Source: an uncultured virus (IMG/VR IMGVR_UViG_3300046530_000052)
Lineage: Duplodnaviria; Heunggongvirae; Uroviricota; Caudoviricetes
IMG/VR virus record: IMGVR_UViG_3300046530_000052
Location: 1 to 64,000 of that record
DNA length: 64,000 nt
Reading direction: 5' to 3' (one strand)
Shown: positions 48,303-57,434 of the stretch, piece after piece
Layout of the letters: each line of letters opens with the position of its first letter
How positions within the stretch are numbered: the stretch's first letter is position 1
Made by a program: the position numbers and the translations under genes
The notes under the pieces: generated by a model
What the model was told of the DNA's origin: nothing
The model's input: only the letters and a program-made list of their open reading frames with translations
Database searches by the model: none

Positions 48303-51300
48303 ATGTCTACTGAAACAGATGAAGACTATAATCGGTTATTAGAGTTTGCTACCAAAGTCAAGAATTACCTTGGGGTTACCAATCTCACCAAGAAGTTAGT
48401 AGACGACAAGCGCCTCCGTATCGACTCGGAAGCGCGCAGTGAAGAAGAAACCTTGATGGCGCATTTCAAGGAAGACAGTTTGTGGGGTATCAAAACCGCA
48501 CGCTTCCTGAAAGACTTCCATCTGTACAAAGCTGCGCCGGACATGGACACGAAGAACGAGTCCTTTCTGCGTACAGCAGAGATCTTCCGGTTACAGGGGA
48601 TCAAGAACTATTACTTTATCCTTCAGCTGAATAACCCGATGTTGAAAGGGGTGGATCCTCACGCTCCTGATTTGACAGATCTTCAGAAGACCATGATCGC
48701 TAAGGAGTCCAAAGAGAACTTCTGGTATTTCCTGCGAGAAGTGTGTCGGATTAAAGGCGGTATGCCGTTCTTGGCTAACCGCGGTAACGTCAGTTTCATG
48801 TGGTCTTATCTGAACCACGTTACCACGCACATGATCATGCCTCGTCAGCAAGGCAAGCCGCAACCTGACAGCAGCGAGATCCGTGTTATCCCTGATGACC
48901 CAGCAACCGCCAAGTCTGCTGACTTCTGGAAGAAGATGGGTCACATGAAGGTCGGTGACGTGGTCATGGATCAGAAGGGTGAACCTGCCAACGTGATTGG
49001 TGTTCACCCTCAGGGTAAGATCCGGGTCTACCGTATTACTGGTAGTGACGGTCGTTCTACTGATGCAGGGGTTGGTCACCTGTGGACCATGAAGAACTCG
49101 CTGGACAGCATCAATGATCGTGGCCTGTGGAGTGAGTACACCACGGCTGACATGATTCACTTGTTGAAGCAGAAAGCTGTTCTGCAATTCCCACTGGTAG
49201 AACCAGAACTGGGTGTTAAGCGAGATCATGCAATCGATCCATACGTCATGGGTTTGATGGCTACGGCCAGAAACACCAACGGTGGTCTTCAGTTCAATGT
49301 CCTCAACGATGCGCAAGCTAACTACGTTGAAGCTAACCTGCCTAAGTACACCCGTCTGACTAAAGGTAAGGGTGAATGGACCTTTGCTCGTGATGACGGT
49401 AACCCGATTACGTTCGATAAAGAAGTAGGACTTCCCGCTGCCTACTTGGAAGGGGCTCTGGAAGACCGTATAAGCCTCCTGCAAGCGTTCTGTGACAACC
49501 GGGGTATCATTGGCGATAAGAACGTCTACATCGCTGTAAACCGTGCTATCGGAGCTCAGCTGAAATATCTGGTACGTGGGTTGGGCGGTACTGCTGCTAA
49601 CAAAGGCAACGGTATCGTCATTACACTGCCGGAAACCATCCCTTACTTCAAGACCCGTGAACAGGAACGTCCGGTTAATGAGGTGAATGCTCTGTTCGTT
49701 AAGTCGATCAAGTATCTGTGGGAAGAGAAGTCTACCTGCATTGAGATTGACTCTTCGGAACACTTGTACGTTACCGATGACTTCATGGTGACCCACAACA
49801 CGGTGTCGGTTCAGGTCATTAACTTCTGGCTGACCTACATCATGGGTCGAGGGTATACATCTCACCTCATTACCCTGAAGAGTGATAACCGGGCTCAGTT
49901 CGTCAACGCCATTAAGACGATCCGTAGCAGTATTCCTAAGTTCTTGGTTAACTCGACCTATAAGGACAAGGACGCTGGTACATCGTTAACGTATAAAGCG
50001 TTTGGTGAGGATCAGGTTAATACCCTGTACATCAACGTTCCGCAACAAGGGGCTGACGCAGCAGGCGACTTGGCACGTGGTCTGACAGTAGGTTCTGGTT
50101 GGTACGACGAATCAGCGTACATCAAGTACATCGACTTGATCATCGACGGTTCTGGTCCTTCCATGCTAACCGAGATGGCTGTATGTCGTTCTAAAGGCCT
50201 GCCACACGGGATCAGTCACATCACAACACCGAACACAACGCTGCACCCAAGTGGTCAGTTCATGTTCAAACGTTTGATGGACTCTACCGAATGGCGAGAG
50301 AAGTTCTTTGACTGCTTCAGCGAGTCCGATCTGCATGACAAGCTGATTAAAGCGTCTCCAGTCGAAACCACGTCTCCTAAACTGGCGATGGTGTATAACT
50401 ACCTCCAGCTGGGTAAAGACAAGGACTGGGTGAAGTGGGTTATCGACGACCTTAACTTGAGTAAAGCTAAGGCCAAGATCGACTTGCTGTTGATGTGGGT
50501 GGAAGACGGGGAGAACCGGTTGTTTGATGACCAGACCCGTGAAGCCATTAACAACATGAAGCGGGACGTAGTGTGGAGCAAAGAGTACAAGGACTTTAAC
50601 CTTTACATGGACTTCTTTGTTACACAGAACGAACTGGCTGAAATGTGCGCGAAGTCTTACAACGACTTCTTCTTGATCGGTTGCGATACTTCCTCCGCTA
50701 TCAACAAGGACGCCTGCACCATCGTAATCCGCAGTATGAAGACTGGTAAGGTCGTTGGGGTAGGTCGATACGCTCTTACCTATCTGGACCACGTAGCGAG
50801 CATCTTGGTGGACTTGCTGGAATGCATTCAGAACAGTATCCTGATCCCTGAACGCAACTATGCTCACCACATGATCGATACGCTCCTGATCACGCTGCCT
50901 GCTAAGGGTATGGATCCATTCACCCGGATCTACAACACGGTCTACAACGACACGGTTGGTCACGAGAAGGAGTACGAAGAAGTTAGACGTACTGGGTTCG
51001 CTACTCGTAGCAAGAACTTCTACCTGAAGTTCAAGCAGCACTTTGGGTTCCTCACCACAGGTACTTCTCGTAAGACACTTTACGGGTTGATCATCGAAGC
51101 GGTAGGGAACACGGGTTATGGGTTGGCGTACAGCAAGCTTGCGGATGAACTGATTAACCTGCGGCTTAAGGCAGACCGGATTGACCACGACTCTAAGCAA
51201 CACGATGACTTGGTTATTTCGTGGCTGTTGAGTTACTGGTTCATTAAGCTGGGGATGAACAAATCGCTATACGGGATTCCTCCTGGACTGGCATTGACTG

Positions 51301-51584
51301 AAACCCGTAACTTGATGAACGAAGCAGCAGGTGTGAAGACTCCAGAAACGGAACCTCACATTATCCACTTGCTCCAGAAAGTCAGAGCGAAGATCACTAC
51401 ACTTACGGATGAGTTGTTGTCTACGAACGATAACCTGCTGGCCTTGCGTCTGGAAGCAGAGATTCGGAAGCTGACGAAGTACCTCCCACCTGAACAAGCA
51501 CGTTCGATGACGATCGACAAAGTTATCGACGACGCTCGTTTGGATCGGAACAAGCGCATTATGGATCAGCGCAGAGTTGCATAA
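48303..51584 (+). CDS. terL: Terminase large subunit, intein-containing precursor (1093 aa; about 779 aa after splicing)
   Basis: NFWYFLREV, Walker A PRQQGK|T split by the intein, Walker B WYDESAY, ITTP coupling motif, nuclease IGCDTS and HDDLVISW. Confidence 0.92.
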   Translation: MSTETDEDYNRLLEFATKVKNYLGVTNLTKKLVDDKRLRIDSEARSEEETLMAHFKEDSLWGIKTARFLKDFHLYKAAPDMDTKNESFLRTAEIFRLQGIKNYYFILQLNNPMLKGVDPHAPDLTDLQKTMIAKESKENFWYFLREVCRIKGGMPFLANRGNVSFMWSYLNHVTTHMIMPRQQGKPQPDSSEIRVIPDDPATAKSADFWKKMGHMKVGDVVMDQKGEPANVIGVHPQGKIRVYRITGSDGRSTDAGVGHLWTMKNSLDSINDRGLWSEYTTADMIHLLKQKAVLQFPLVEPELGVKRDHAIDPYVMGLMATARNTNGGLQFNVLNDAQANYVEANLPKYTRLTKGKGEWTFARDDGNPITFDKEVGLPAAYLEGALEDRISLLQAFCDNRGIIGDKNVYIAVNRAIGAQLKYLVRGLGGTAANKGNGIVITLPETIPYFKTREQERPVNEVNALFVKSIKYLWEEKSTCIEIDSSEHLYVTDDFMVTHNTVSVQVINFWLTYIMGRGYTSHLITLKSDNRAQFVNAIKTIRSSIPKFLVNSTYKDKDAGTSLTYKAFGEDQVNTLYINVPQQGADAAGDLARGLTVGSGWYDESAYIKYIDLIIDGSGPSMLTEMAVCRSKGLPHGISHITTPNTTLHPSGQFMFKRLMDSTEWREKFFDCFSESDLHDKLIKASPVETTSPKLAMVYNYLQLGKDKDWVKWVIDDLNLSKAKAKIDLLLMWVEDGENRLFDDQTREAINNMKRDVVWSKEYKDFNLYMDFFVTQNELAEMCAKSYNDFFLIGCDTSSAINKDACTIVIRSMKTGKVVGVGRYALTYLDHVASILVDLLECIQNSILIPERNYAHHMIDTLLITLPAKGMDPFTRIYNTVYNDTVGHEKEYEEVRRTGFATRSKNFYLKFKQHFGFLTTGTSRKTLYGLIIEAVGNTGYGLAYSKLADELINLRLKADRIDHDSKQHDDLVISWLLSYWFIKLGMNKSLYGIPPGLALTETRNLMNEAAGVKTPETEPHIIHLLQKVRAKITTLTDELLSTNDNLLALRLEAEIRKLTKYLPPEQARSMTIDKVIDDARLDRNKRIMDQRRVA
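48858..49799 (+). mobile_element. Class 3 intein (314 aa) with a degenerate LAGLIDADG-like domain
   Basis: Starts PQP after Walker A GK; block B GHLW, block F STCIEID, C-terminal VTHN followed by +1 Thr. Confidence 0.88.
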
Positions 51585-51594
51585 ATAACCCTAC

Positions 51595-51624
51595 CCTCCA
51601 GAGCCCTTGACGGGGCTCTGGAGG
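51595..51624. terminator. Bidirectional hairpin terminator
   Basis: CCTCCAGAGCCC-ttgacg-GGGCTCTGGAGG between convergent genes. Confidence 0.8.
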
Positions 51625-51640
51625 TATAGGTGTTTATTTG

Positions 51641-52447
51641 TTACTTGGTGTTGATGTTCAGATACTGAATCATCTCTTCGTACGAACGACCGGTCAGGCT
51701 GGCCAGAGGCTTGGTACCAGCAACACGTTCGTTGAAGGTATAACCCGCCACACTTTCGGAACGGAAGTACTCAGCGTTGATCAGAGCAGCACGATCTTTG
51801 AGCTGCAAGAGAGTACCGGAGATTGGAGCGGAGTCAAGCTTAGCCACCACGTGGATCAGATGGAGCTTCTTGTTCACCAGCACTTCGGCGAGACCCATCA
51901 TCACGTAACCACCGCCCTCAGCTTTAGAAGCTTCGCTGCGGATGATTGGGATCAGGCCGTCTTCAACATGACCTACTTGATCACGATCTTCGAAATGATC
52001 GACGGTGCAGTTGTAGGACTTCGCGAAGAAAGTCTTCTTCAGGTTGTCGAACTCCATCTCACCGGTCACCAGACGCTTGGCACAGTACTCGGCCATCTCG
52101 CGACTGAGGAAGTAGACCTCACCACCGGAACGGGTAATCTGCGAAGGGATGTTGAGGTCTACCGAGAAGCTGCCACTGAGAGACGTTTTGTGGATCAAGA
52201 CCGCAATGGCTGGCCGGCCACCATGACTGTCCAGATAGAAACCGTCCATGATGTAGAAATCGCCGTATTCGGCAGGGGCTTGGTTCTTCAGGTAGAACAG
52301 GCTGACAGTAGGGTTATCAGCTGGACCAAATTCGAACTTACCGGTCATCTTGAGATCGTCGAGAGCTTTAGTGAGACTTTCTTCATTCCCAGCAGTCGTA
52401 CCTTTCTTCAGTTCGTTAGCAGAAGAAGTGCGTTGGGCCATGTTCAT
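51641..52447 (-). CDS. Hypothetical protein (268 aa)
   Basis: AAGGA RBS; part of the minus-strand operon. Confidence 0.7.
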   Translation of the reverse strand: MNMAQRTSSANELKKGTTAGNEESLTKALDDLKMTGKFEFGPADNPTVSLFYLKNQAPAEYGDFYIMDGFYLDSHGGRPAIAVLIHKTSLSGSFSVDLNIPSQITRSGGEVYFLSREMAEYCAKRLVTGEMEFDNLKKTFFAKSYNCTVDHFEDRDQVGHVEDGLIPIIRSEASKAEGGGYVMMGLAEVLVNKKLHLIHVVAKLDSAPISGTLLQLKDRAALINAEYFRSESVAGYTFNERVAGTKPLASLTGRSYEEMIQYLNINTK

Positions 52448-52457
52448 GTTTCTTTCC

Positions 52458-52970
52458 TTACTTGCTTTGAGTCAGTGGAGTGGTAATTGGGAAAACAGGA
52501 AATTCACTGTGTTCCACTTTTTCGAATTGCTTAAAATAATCAATCATCTCTTGCGCTGTACGACAACCGAATTCATTATCGGTCACCGCGGTAACCAGCA
52601 CGCCCTTGGCTTGACACGCCAGTACACAGTTGATGGTATCTGCCAGCGACGTGAAGTAGCGCTCGCCCTCGCCACGATGGAGCGTGATACTGTGCATCCC
52701 CTCAATAGGGTAACGGACCTTCATGTTCTCTTTAGGAGTCAGCATGAAGGCTTTGAAACGATGCGGAAATTGACCCGGGTAGGCGGTTTTGTAAGTCGCC
52801 ATGGTGAACAGGTACTGATCAAAGTTTACTTCGAGGCCAGGTGGGATAAACACCCGTGGATCACCCGCCAGCGCTTTGGGTACGTTGAACTCAATATCGA
52901 ACGAGTCGTAAGGTTGGTAACCCTTAACGATCTCATCGAAAATTTCTGCCATCGGGCTTTGTTGTTCCAT
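52458..52970 (-). CDS. Hypothetical protein (170 aa)
   Basis: ORF packed in the operon. Confidence 0.65.
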   Translation of the reverse strand: MEQQSPMAEIFDEIVKGYQPYDSFDIEFNVPKALAGDPRVFIPPGLEVNFDQYLFTMATYKTAYPGQFPHRFKAFMLTPKENMKVRYPIEGMHSITLHRGEGERYFTSLADTINCVLACQAKGVLVTAVTDNEFGCRTAQEMIDYFKQFEKVEHSEFPVFPITTPLTQSK

Positions 52971-52987
52971 GGGTGTTTACTCGAAGA

Positions 52988-53695
52988 TTATCTGAGTTCT
53001 TGTGCAATACGGATACCAGTAACCGTCGCTTTCCCTACCGAGTTAACAAGCCCACGGAGATCGTTGAGAAGAGCGCCGGTGAAAACGTCATCGAGTTCTT
53101 CAACAGGGATCACGTTACCGGTAACAATGTTCCGCAAAGCAGTGAGCTTACCGGCCAGGCATTTCGTGATGAGGGAGCAGCGCTGACGATCAAACGAGGC
53201 AACGACCGAAACGCTAAGCAGTGGGTCGTAACCAAGGGCTTTGAATCCGGCGAAGACTTCTTCACCAATGTTCTTCCCGCACCAGGTCTCGGTATTAAGA
53301 CCGCTCACCTTGAGCATTCTCATATCCAACAAGACACTGCTGCCTTCTGGCGCCTTGATGAAGGCGGAGGTTGGCATCGCGGTGGTAGCAACGTGAGCGT
53401 GGTAAATCTTCCCTTCCACCTCAAAGGAAACCATCAGGGCATTTACCCGCATCGCGCTTACGTCGAGCTCGTCCATTACTCCCCACGGACGCTGGCCAGG
53501 AACTTGGCAAAGCGCGAAGTAGTTAGGAATGTCGACAGGTACCGTCAGAAACTGGCTATGGTGACCTTTACGACCGAAAGGATCGCCTTTCGAGTACTCG
53601 ACCGCTAACGGCGCAGCCAGAACCGGGGAAACAAAGAACTTTGCAGTGTCGGTATTTTCTTCGTAAACTGGATACGCGCGGGTAATGAATTCCAT
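52988..53695 (-). CDS. Hypothetical protein (235 aa)
   Basis: AGGA RBS before the ATG at 53695. Confidence 0.65.
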   Translation of the reverse strand: MEFITRAYPVYEENTDTAKFFVSPVLAAPLAVEYSKGDPFGRKGHHSQFLTVPVDIPNYFALCQVPGQRPWGVMDELDVSAMRVNALMVSFEVEGKIYHAHVATTAMPTSAFIKAPEGSSVLLDMRMLKVSGLNTETWCGKNIGEEVFAGFKALGYDPLLSVSVVASFDRQRCSLITKCLAGKLTALRNIVTGNVIPVEELDDVFTGALLNDLRGLVNSVGKATVTGIRIAQELR

Positions 53696-53703
53696 GATCT
53701 TTC

Positions 53704-55173
53704 CTATTCGAATAGTTCTTTCGTGATCACACGAATCACCATGTACAGTGACAGAGCAGTCCGTGTGGTTAGGACCCATTGCGGGGTCTTACGCCCAGTG
53801 ATGTCAATTACGATCTTGTCACCCAACTCTCGGATGATTTTAACCTGGTCGTTGTTACTGCGAGAAGCCCCGTACGCACCACGCATCTTAATCAATACGT
53901 CGTACACGTTACTCCGCTTAATACCATTGGCATGCAAGTATTCAAACATGTGCAAAACAATGGTTTCAGCAAACGTTTTGTAATCGGGGTACTTCGGGTT
54001 GTTGTACCGCTTAGCAAACTCCTGGATCGAATACTGGAGCATCTCCATACGGACGTTATCCAACACACCCGCAGCGTACTCCATCAGTTCCTCTTTGAAG
54101 AACGAACTCTCTTCAGTAAGGATCCGGTCCAGATAAAGAACATGGGCGGTTACATCTTTCGCCACGCTCTTGATACTTAATTCGTCCTTCAGTTGAACTT
54201 TAGCGGACTCAACTTTTACGATGTTGGTTTTGTTCTTCACATCGTGGAAGACTTTGTTGATGTCGTTAATAGCCCGACGCAACCGGTTCTGGATATCACC
54301 CACCATGTAGACAATCTTCTTGTCGTTGTCCATCTTGGACCACGCTTCGTAGTGAATTCCCGTCTTAGGGTTGATGATGTACTCAGCACGAGCCTCGATG
54401 AGGGCCTTCCAGCTACCGTAGCGCTTGATGTCGTACTTCAGGCTCAAGCGGTTATAGGTCTCGTATACGACTTCCTTACGAGCTTGGAACGGATAGTCAT
54501 TATGTACGATGCTGGTCAGGCACTTGTAGTGATACATGGAAACCACGTCCACCATAGCCCGGTGTTTCTCATCCGCTTTCAACGTACTCTTGTTGATACG
54601 GAACAAGAGGTAAGGGACGGTCATGTTGAACGCGTCGCCTACGACCGCCCACTCGCTCTTGATCGCGGCGCAAGCGTGCAGGTTTTCCCGCAGCTCATCT
54701 TCATCGCAGTCAAAGATCTCGTTGAACCACTCGTTACGGTCAGCCGTGGTGAAGGTGATCTTCTCCAGACCAAGGTAAGGTGCGCCGAAGAACGCCATGT
54801 GGTCGTGCATCCCAACTTTACGAGTGATGAAGTTGTAGACGTACTTCTTAAGGGTAAGGGCCCACTTAGAGTTAACCTCCAAGTACTGACCCATCTTTTC
54901 GAAGACTTGCAGGATGGCGTTGGTGCTTTCGAAGTTTACCCCTTGCAGGAGCGCTTCCATCCCTGCTACATCACTCAGTTCATACTGAGGAGGTGAAGGC
55001 TTGGCGAACTCGTGAGGGTGTCTGTCTTGAAAGAGACCGAGGTATTGATCAGGTACAAAGATCGAGGGTTGCTTGTTCCAGTACTCGTTCTCAGCTTCCT
55101 CAGCCGCTCGATCCGAACTGAGGTCTTCTGGGTTGTACTGAACCGGTACTCGGCTGAAATCTAATTCTGACAT
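53704..55173 (-). CDS. Conserved virion protein (phiKZ gp032-like position)
   Basis: AAGGAGG RBS; acidic N-terminus ending in AGME/A; synteny. Confidence 0.6.
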   Translation of the reverse strand: MSELDFSRVPVQYNPEDLSSDRAAEEAENEYWNKQPSIFVPDQYLGLFQDRHPHEFAKPSPPQYELSDVAGMEALLQGVNFESTNAILQVFEKMGQYLEVNSKWALTLKKYVYNFITRKVGMHDHMAFFGAPYLGLEKITFTTADRNEWFNEIFDCDEDELRENLHACAAIKSEWAVVGDAFNMTVPYLLFRINKSTLKADEKHRAMVDVVSMYHYKCLTSIVHNDYPFQARKEVVYETYNRLSLKYDIKRYGSWKALIEARAEYIINPKTGIHYEAWSKMDNDKKIVYMVGDIQNRLRRAINDINKVFHDVKNKTNIVKVESAKVQLKDELSIKSVAKDVTAHVLYLDRILTEESSFFKEELMEYAAGVLDNVRMEMLQYSIQEFAKRYNNPKYPDYKTFAETIVLHMFEYLHANGIKRSNVYDVLIKMRGAYGASRSNNDQVKIIRELGDKIVIDITGRKTPQWVLTTRTALSLYMVIRVITKELFE

Positions 55174-55183
55174 GGGGTCCTCC

Positions 55184-56032
55184 TTATGTTCTGCGAGCAA
55201 TGCCCATGCGTTGAGCGTCGTGTACGTTCTGCTTGTCGCTCCAAGTCATGCAAGGAGTCCAAACCTTCAGGAAGTATTCCTTGTAGTTAGTCCACGCATC
55301 CTTGTACTCAGCGATATCGTCTTTGATATCCGAGAGCGCAACACCCATCTTGACAGCGGCTTCGTTAACCGGGCTTTTCAGTTTACGGTACAAGTACGCT
55401 TTAACACCCAGCTCTACCAGCTCAGCGAACTGCAAGTAGTGGTGAGCGTGGATGCTGCTCATCGCTTCGTCGTATTCCATGATGACCTTGGCACTCATGT
55501 TAAAAGTACCCATGTTGATACCGAAGATCACAAAGACGTTGTTACCCGTCATCTGGCAATCGGTATAGGTCTGCGGCATGGACTTGTTACCGGCCATGTT
55601 GTTAATCATGGAACCCATCATTTCGTTCACAACACCAGAACCACACTCAGCGTCGTTACCCACACCGATGCCCAGCTGACCGATAGCCGAGTTCATGGAA
55701 CCGAGGTAGCACTCAGTCACCGAAACAATCTTGGCACCTCGAGTGGTCATCTCAGGAACCTTAACTTCTAGGCAGCCGTTACCGATACTGCGCATCTCTG
55801 AACCACCGAGGTCCAGGTACTCTGTCTTACCACCACCGACCTTACAGTCAGGCAGGATCAACTGGTGGATAATCTTTTCACGGATACCTTGTTCAATGGT
55901 GGTCTCGTTGACCATGTTGTACCAGTTACCGAGTACGTTGGCGTTCTTGTTAGCAAAAGCCAATTCAAAAAGGTACTCACTGATGTCGGAGTTCAAAACC
56001 CGACTGATAGCAAAATCTACTGGGTTACCCAT
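55184..56032 (-). CDS. Conserved jumbo-phage protein (phiKZ gp033-like position, 282 aa)
   Basis: AAGGA RBS; first gene of the minus-strand operon. Confidence 0.6.
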   Translation of the reverse strand: MGNPVDFAISRVLNSDISEYLFELAFANKNANVLGNWYNMVNETTIEQGIREKIIHQLILPDCKVGGGKTEYLDLGGSEMRSIGNGCLEVKVPEMTTRGAKIVSVTECYLGSMNSAIGQLGIGVGNDAECGSGVVNEMMGSMINNMAGNKSMPQTYTDCQMTGNNVFVIFGINMGTFNMSAKVIMEYDEAMSSIHAHHYLQFAELVELGVKAYLYRKLKSPVNEAAVKMGVALSDIKDDIAEYKDAWTNYKEYFLKVWTPCMTWSDKQNVHDAQRMGIARRT

Positions 56033-56147
56033 AATCTAATGTCCTTTGATTGGTCAGGCTAAACATAACATTTCCTTTGATTGTTTTCTTAGGAGTATTT
56101 CATTGTATGTCTTACCTATACTTTTTGATTTTTGAAGAGTGGGGGTA

Positions 56148-56208
56148 AGAGTAAGACTTATGGAGTGGAGTAGCCCGAAGGGATACGGAACGGAATAAGG
56201 ATTACTCT
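56148..56208 (+). repeat. Imperfect inverted repeat with symmetric GA/GGA mismatches and a C-GAA-G triloop
   Basis: AGAGTAA-GA-CTTAT-GGA-GT-GGA-GTA-G-CCC-GAA-GGG-A-TAC-GGA-AC-GGA-ATAAG-GA-TTACTCT. Confidence 0.8.
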
Positions 56209-56387
56209 GGGGGAGTTGGTTGGGTTGGTTAGGTTCCGGATCATGCCCTACTGCCCTAAGGCCGCAGGCCTTTAAAGAAAAGTATTTTATTACTGTAATT
56301 ATTATAAAGCTAATTTAAACAATTTAAATAACTCTATTCCTGTTAAGGGAGTAGGGTAAGGGTCTACTATGCAAAAAGATAATAAAC

Positions 56388-56399
56388 CTACATTACTAG
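56388..56399 (+). promoter_or_regulatory. Putative phage early promoter (CTACATTACTAG)
   Basis: Repeated motif upstream of the Ntn-hydrolase cluster. Confidence 0.65.
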
Positions 56400-56514
56400 A
56401 GTGAATAAACACTTGATAATCTATTTTAAGCAATCAAGATGACTGGGTAAGGGGTTAGTTGGGATAAATCATCCTTAGTAACCCTTTGAGTCGATAACTG
56501 TAAGGAAGAAGAAA

Positions 56515-57195
56515 ATGACCATTGTTTGTTATGACGGTAAGAAGATGATCGCTGATAGTCTGGCTGCTACAGGGGATATGAAGCTCCCCGGAGCTTTTCA
56601 GAAGATCTATCATCCGCTGGATGATGAGTACTGGGAGATCAACAAAACAAAGGTTATTGCGTTTGGTTTTTCTGGTGCCTTGCCGGCGATTCCTTATATT
56701 CGGGAATTATTGAGTCAAGGGGTTACTTACCGGACGATCATTAAGCCGGATATCGACGTGGTCTTCGAAGCACTGTGCGTACTGGAAACGGGCGACGCGT
56801 ACGTACTCAGCACTGAACCAACTCGGGCTAAAGGTCCAAGTGCTCACGAGTTCGTTATGGTTCCGGTACCAGTTCCGGTAGCGGTAGGTAGCGGTGGTGT
56901 GTTTGCCTACGCGGCTATGGGGCCTAAAGATAAGAACCAAGCCGAGAAGGGCGTAGAGGCGGCTAAACGGCTTTGTCCTTTCTGTGGCGGGGATAACGTG
57001 GTCTGGGAGCTCCCACCTCCTCCAGAAGTCCCGAGCAAGCGTCCAGTATCGGTTCTGCCTGAGCTGGTAAACATTGAAGAGACCTATCCGATCAATGGGC
57101 TCAACATGGGACAGCTTAAGCACGTGGTTAGTGGGATCGTATCTGATCTGATGAAGAAAGCTGATGAACCAGTGACGGAGGTGAAGAATGGATAA
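56515..57195 (+). CDS. Proteasome-beta/HslV-like Ntn hydrolase, copy 1
   Basis: M-T1-IVCYDG..IADS, FQKI, AFGFSG, VAVGSGG. Confidence 0.75.
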   Translation: MTIVCYDGKKMIADSLAATGDMKLPGAFQKIYHPLDDEYWEINKTKVIAFGFSGALPAIPYIRELLSQGVTYRTIIKPDIDVVFEALCVLETGDAYVLSTEPTRAKGPSAHEFVMVPVPVPVAVGSGGVFAYAAMGPKDKNQAEKGVEAAKRLCPFCGGDNVVWELPPPPEVPSKRPVSVLPELVNIEETYPINGLNMGQLKHVVSGIVSDLMKKADEPVTEVKNG

Positions 57196-57433
57196 TCCGG
57201 AAACTATCACGATTACTTTGCCTAAAGGTAAGCTGGATTCCATTGAATCAATTACTACTCGGCCTATCGAGGGATATCCTGGGGTATCTGAAGTACTGAT
57301 CAATGGGGAACCCGGTCGTCTGCTGGTCGACCTTTCTCAATTCGAAAACAATGAAAATGATCTGCGACGTCTGTACACCGGTGTCGGGGAAGGTTTTATC
57401 AAGCACCATGTGCGAAAAAATAACAGGAGCTAG
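57188..57433 (+). CDS. Small hypothetical protein (81 aa) inside the Ntn-hydrolase cluster
   Basis: GGAGG RBS; overlaps the copy 1 stop and ends 1 nt before the copy 2 start. Confidence 0.6.
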   Translation: MDNPETITITLPKGKLDSIESITTRPIEGYPGVSEVLINGEPGRLLVDLSQFENNENDLRRLYTGVGEGFIKHHVRKNNRS

Positions 57434-57434
57434 T

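Noticed and set aside
49200..49650. Active LAGLIDADG homing endonuclease in the intein
   Set aside because: The first motif lacks the GDG acidic residue, the second is altered, and the domain is short; probably inactive
56209..56233. G-quadruplex as a separate feature
   Set aside because: Mostly GG runs; a two-tier G4 is possible but cannot be supported from sequence alone, so it is mentioned only within the hairpin finding
57303..57434. Upstream extension of the second Ntn-hydrolase ORF as a propeptide
   Set aside because: It overlaps the 81-aa ORF; ATG 57435 has an AGGAG RBS and aligns with the starts of the other two paralogs
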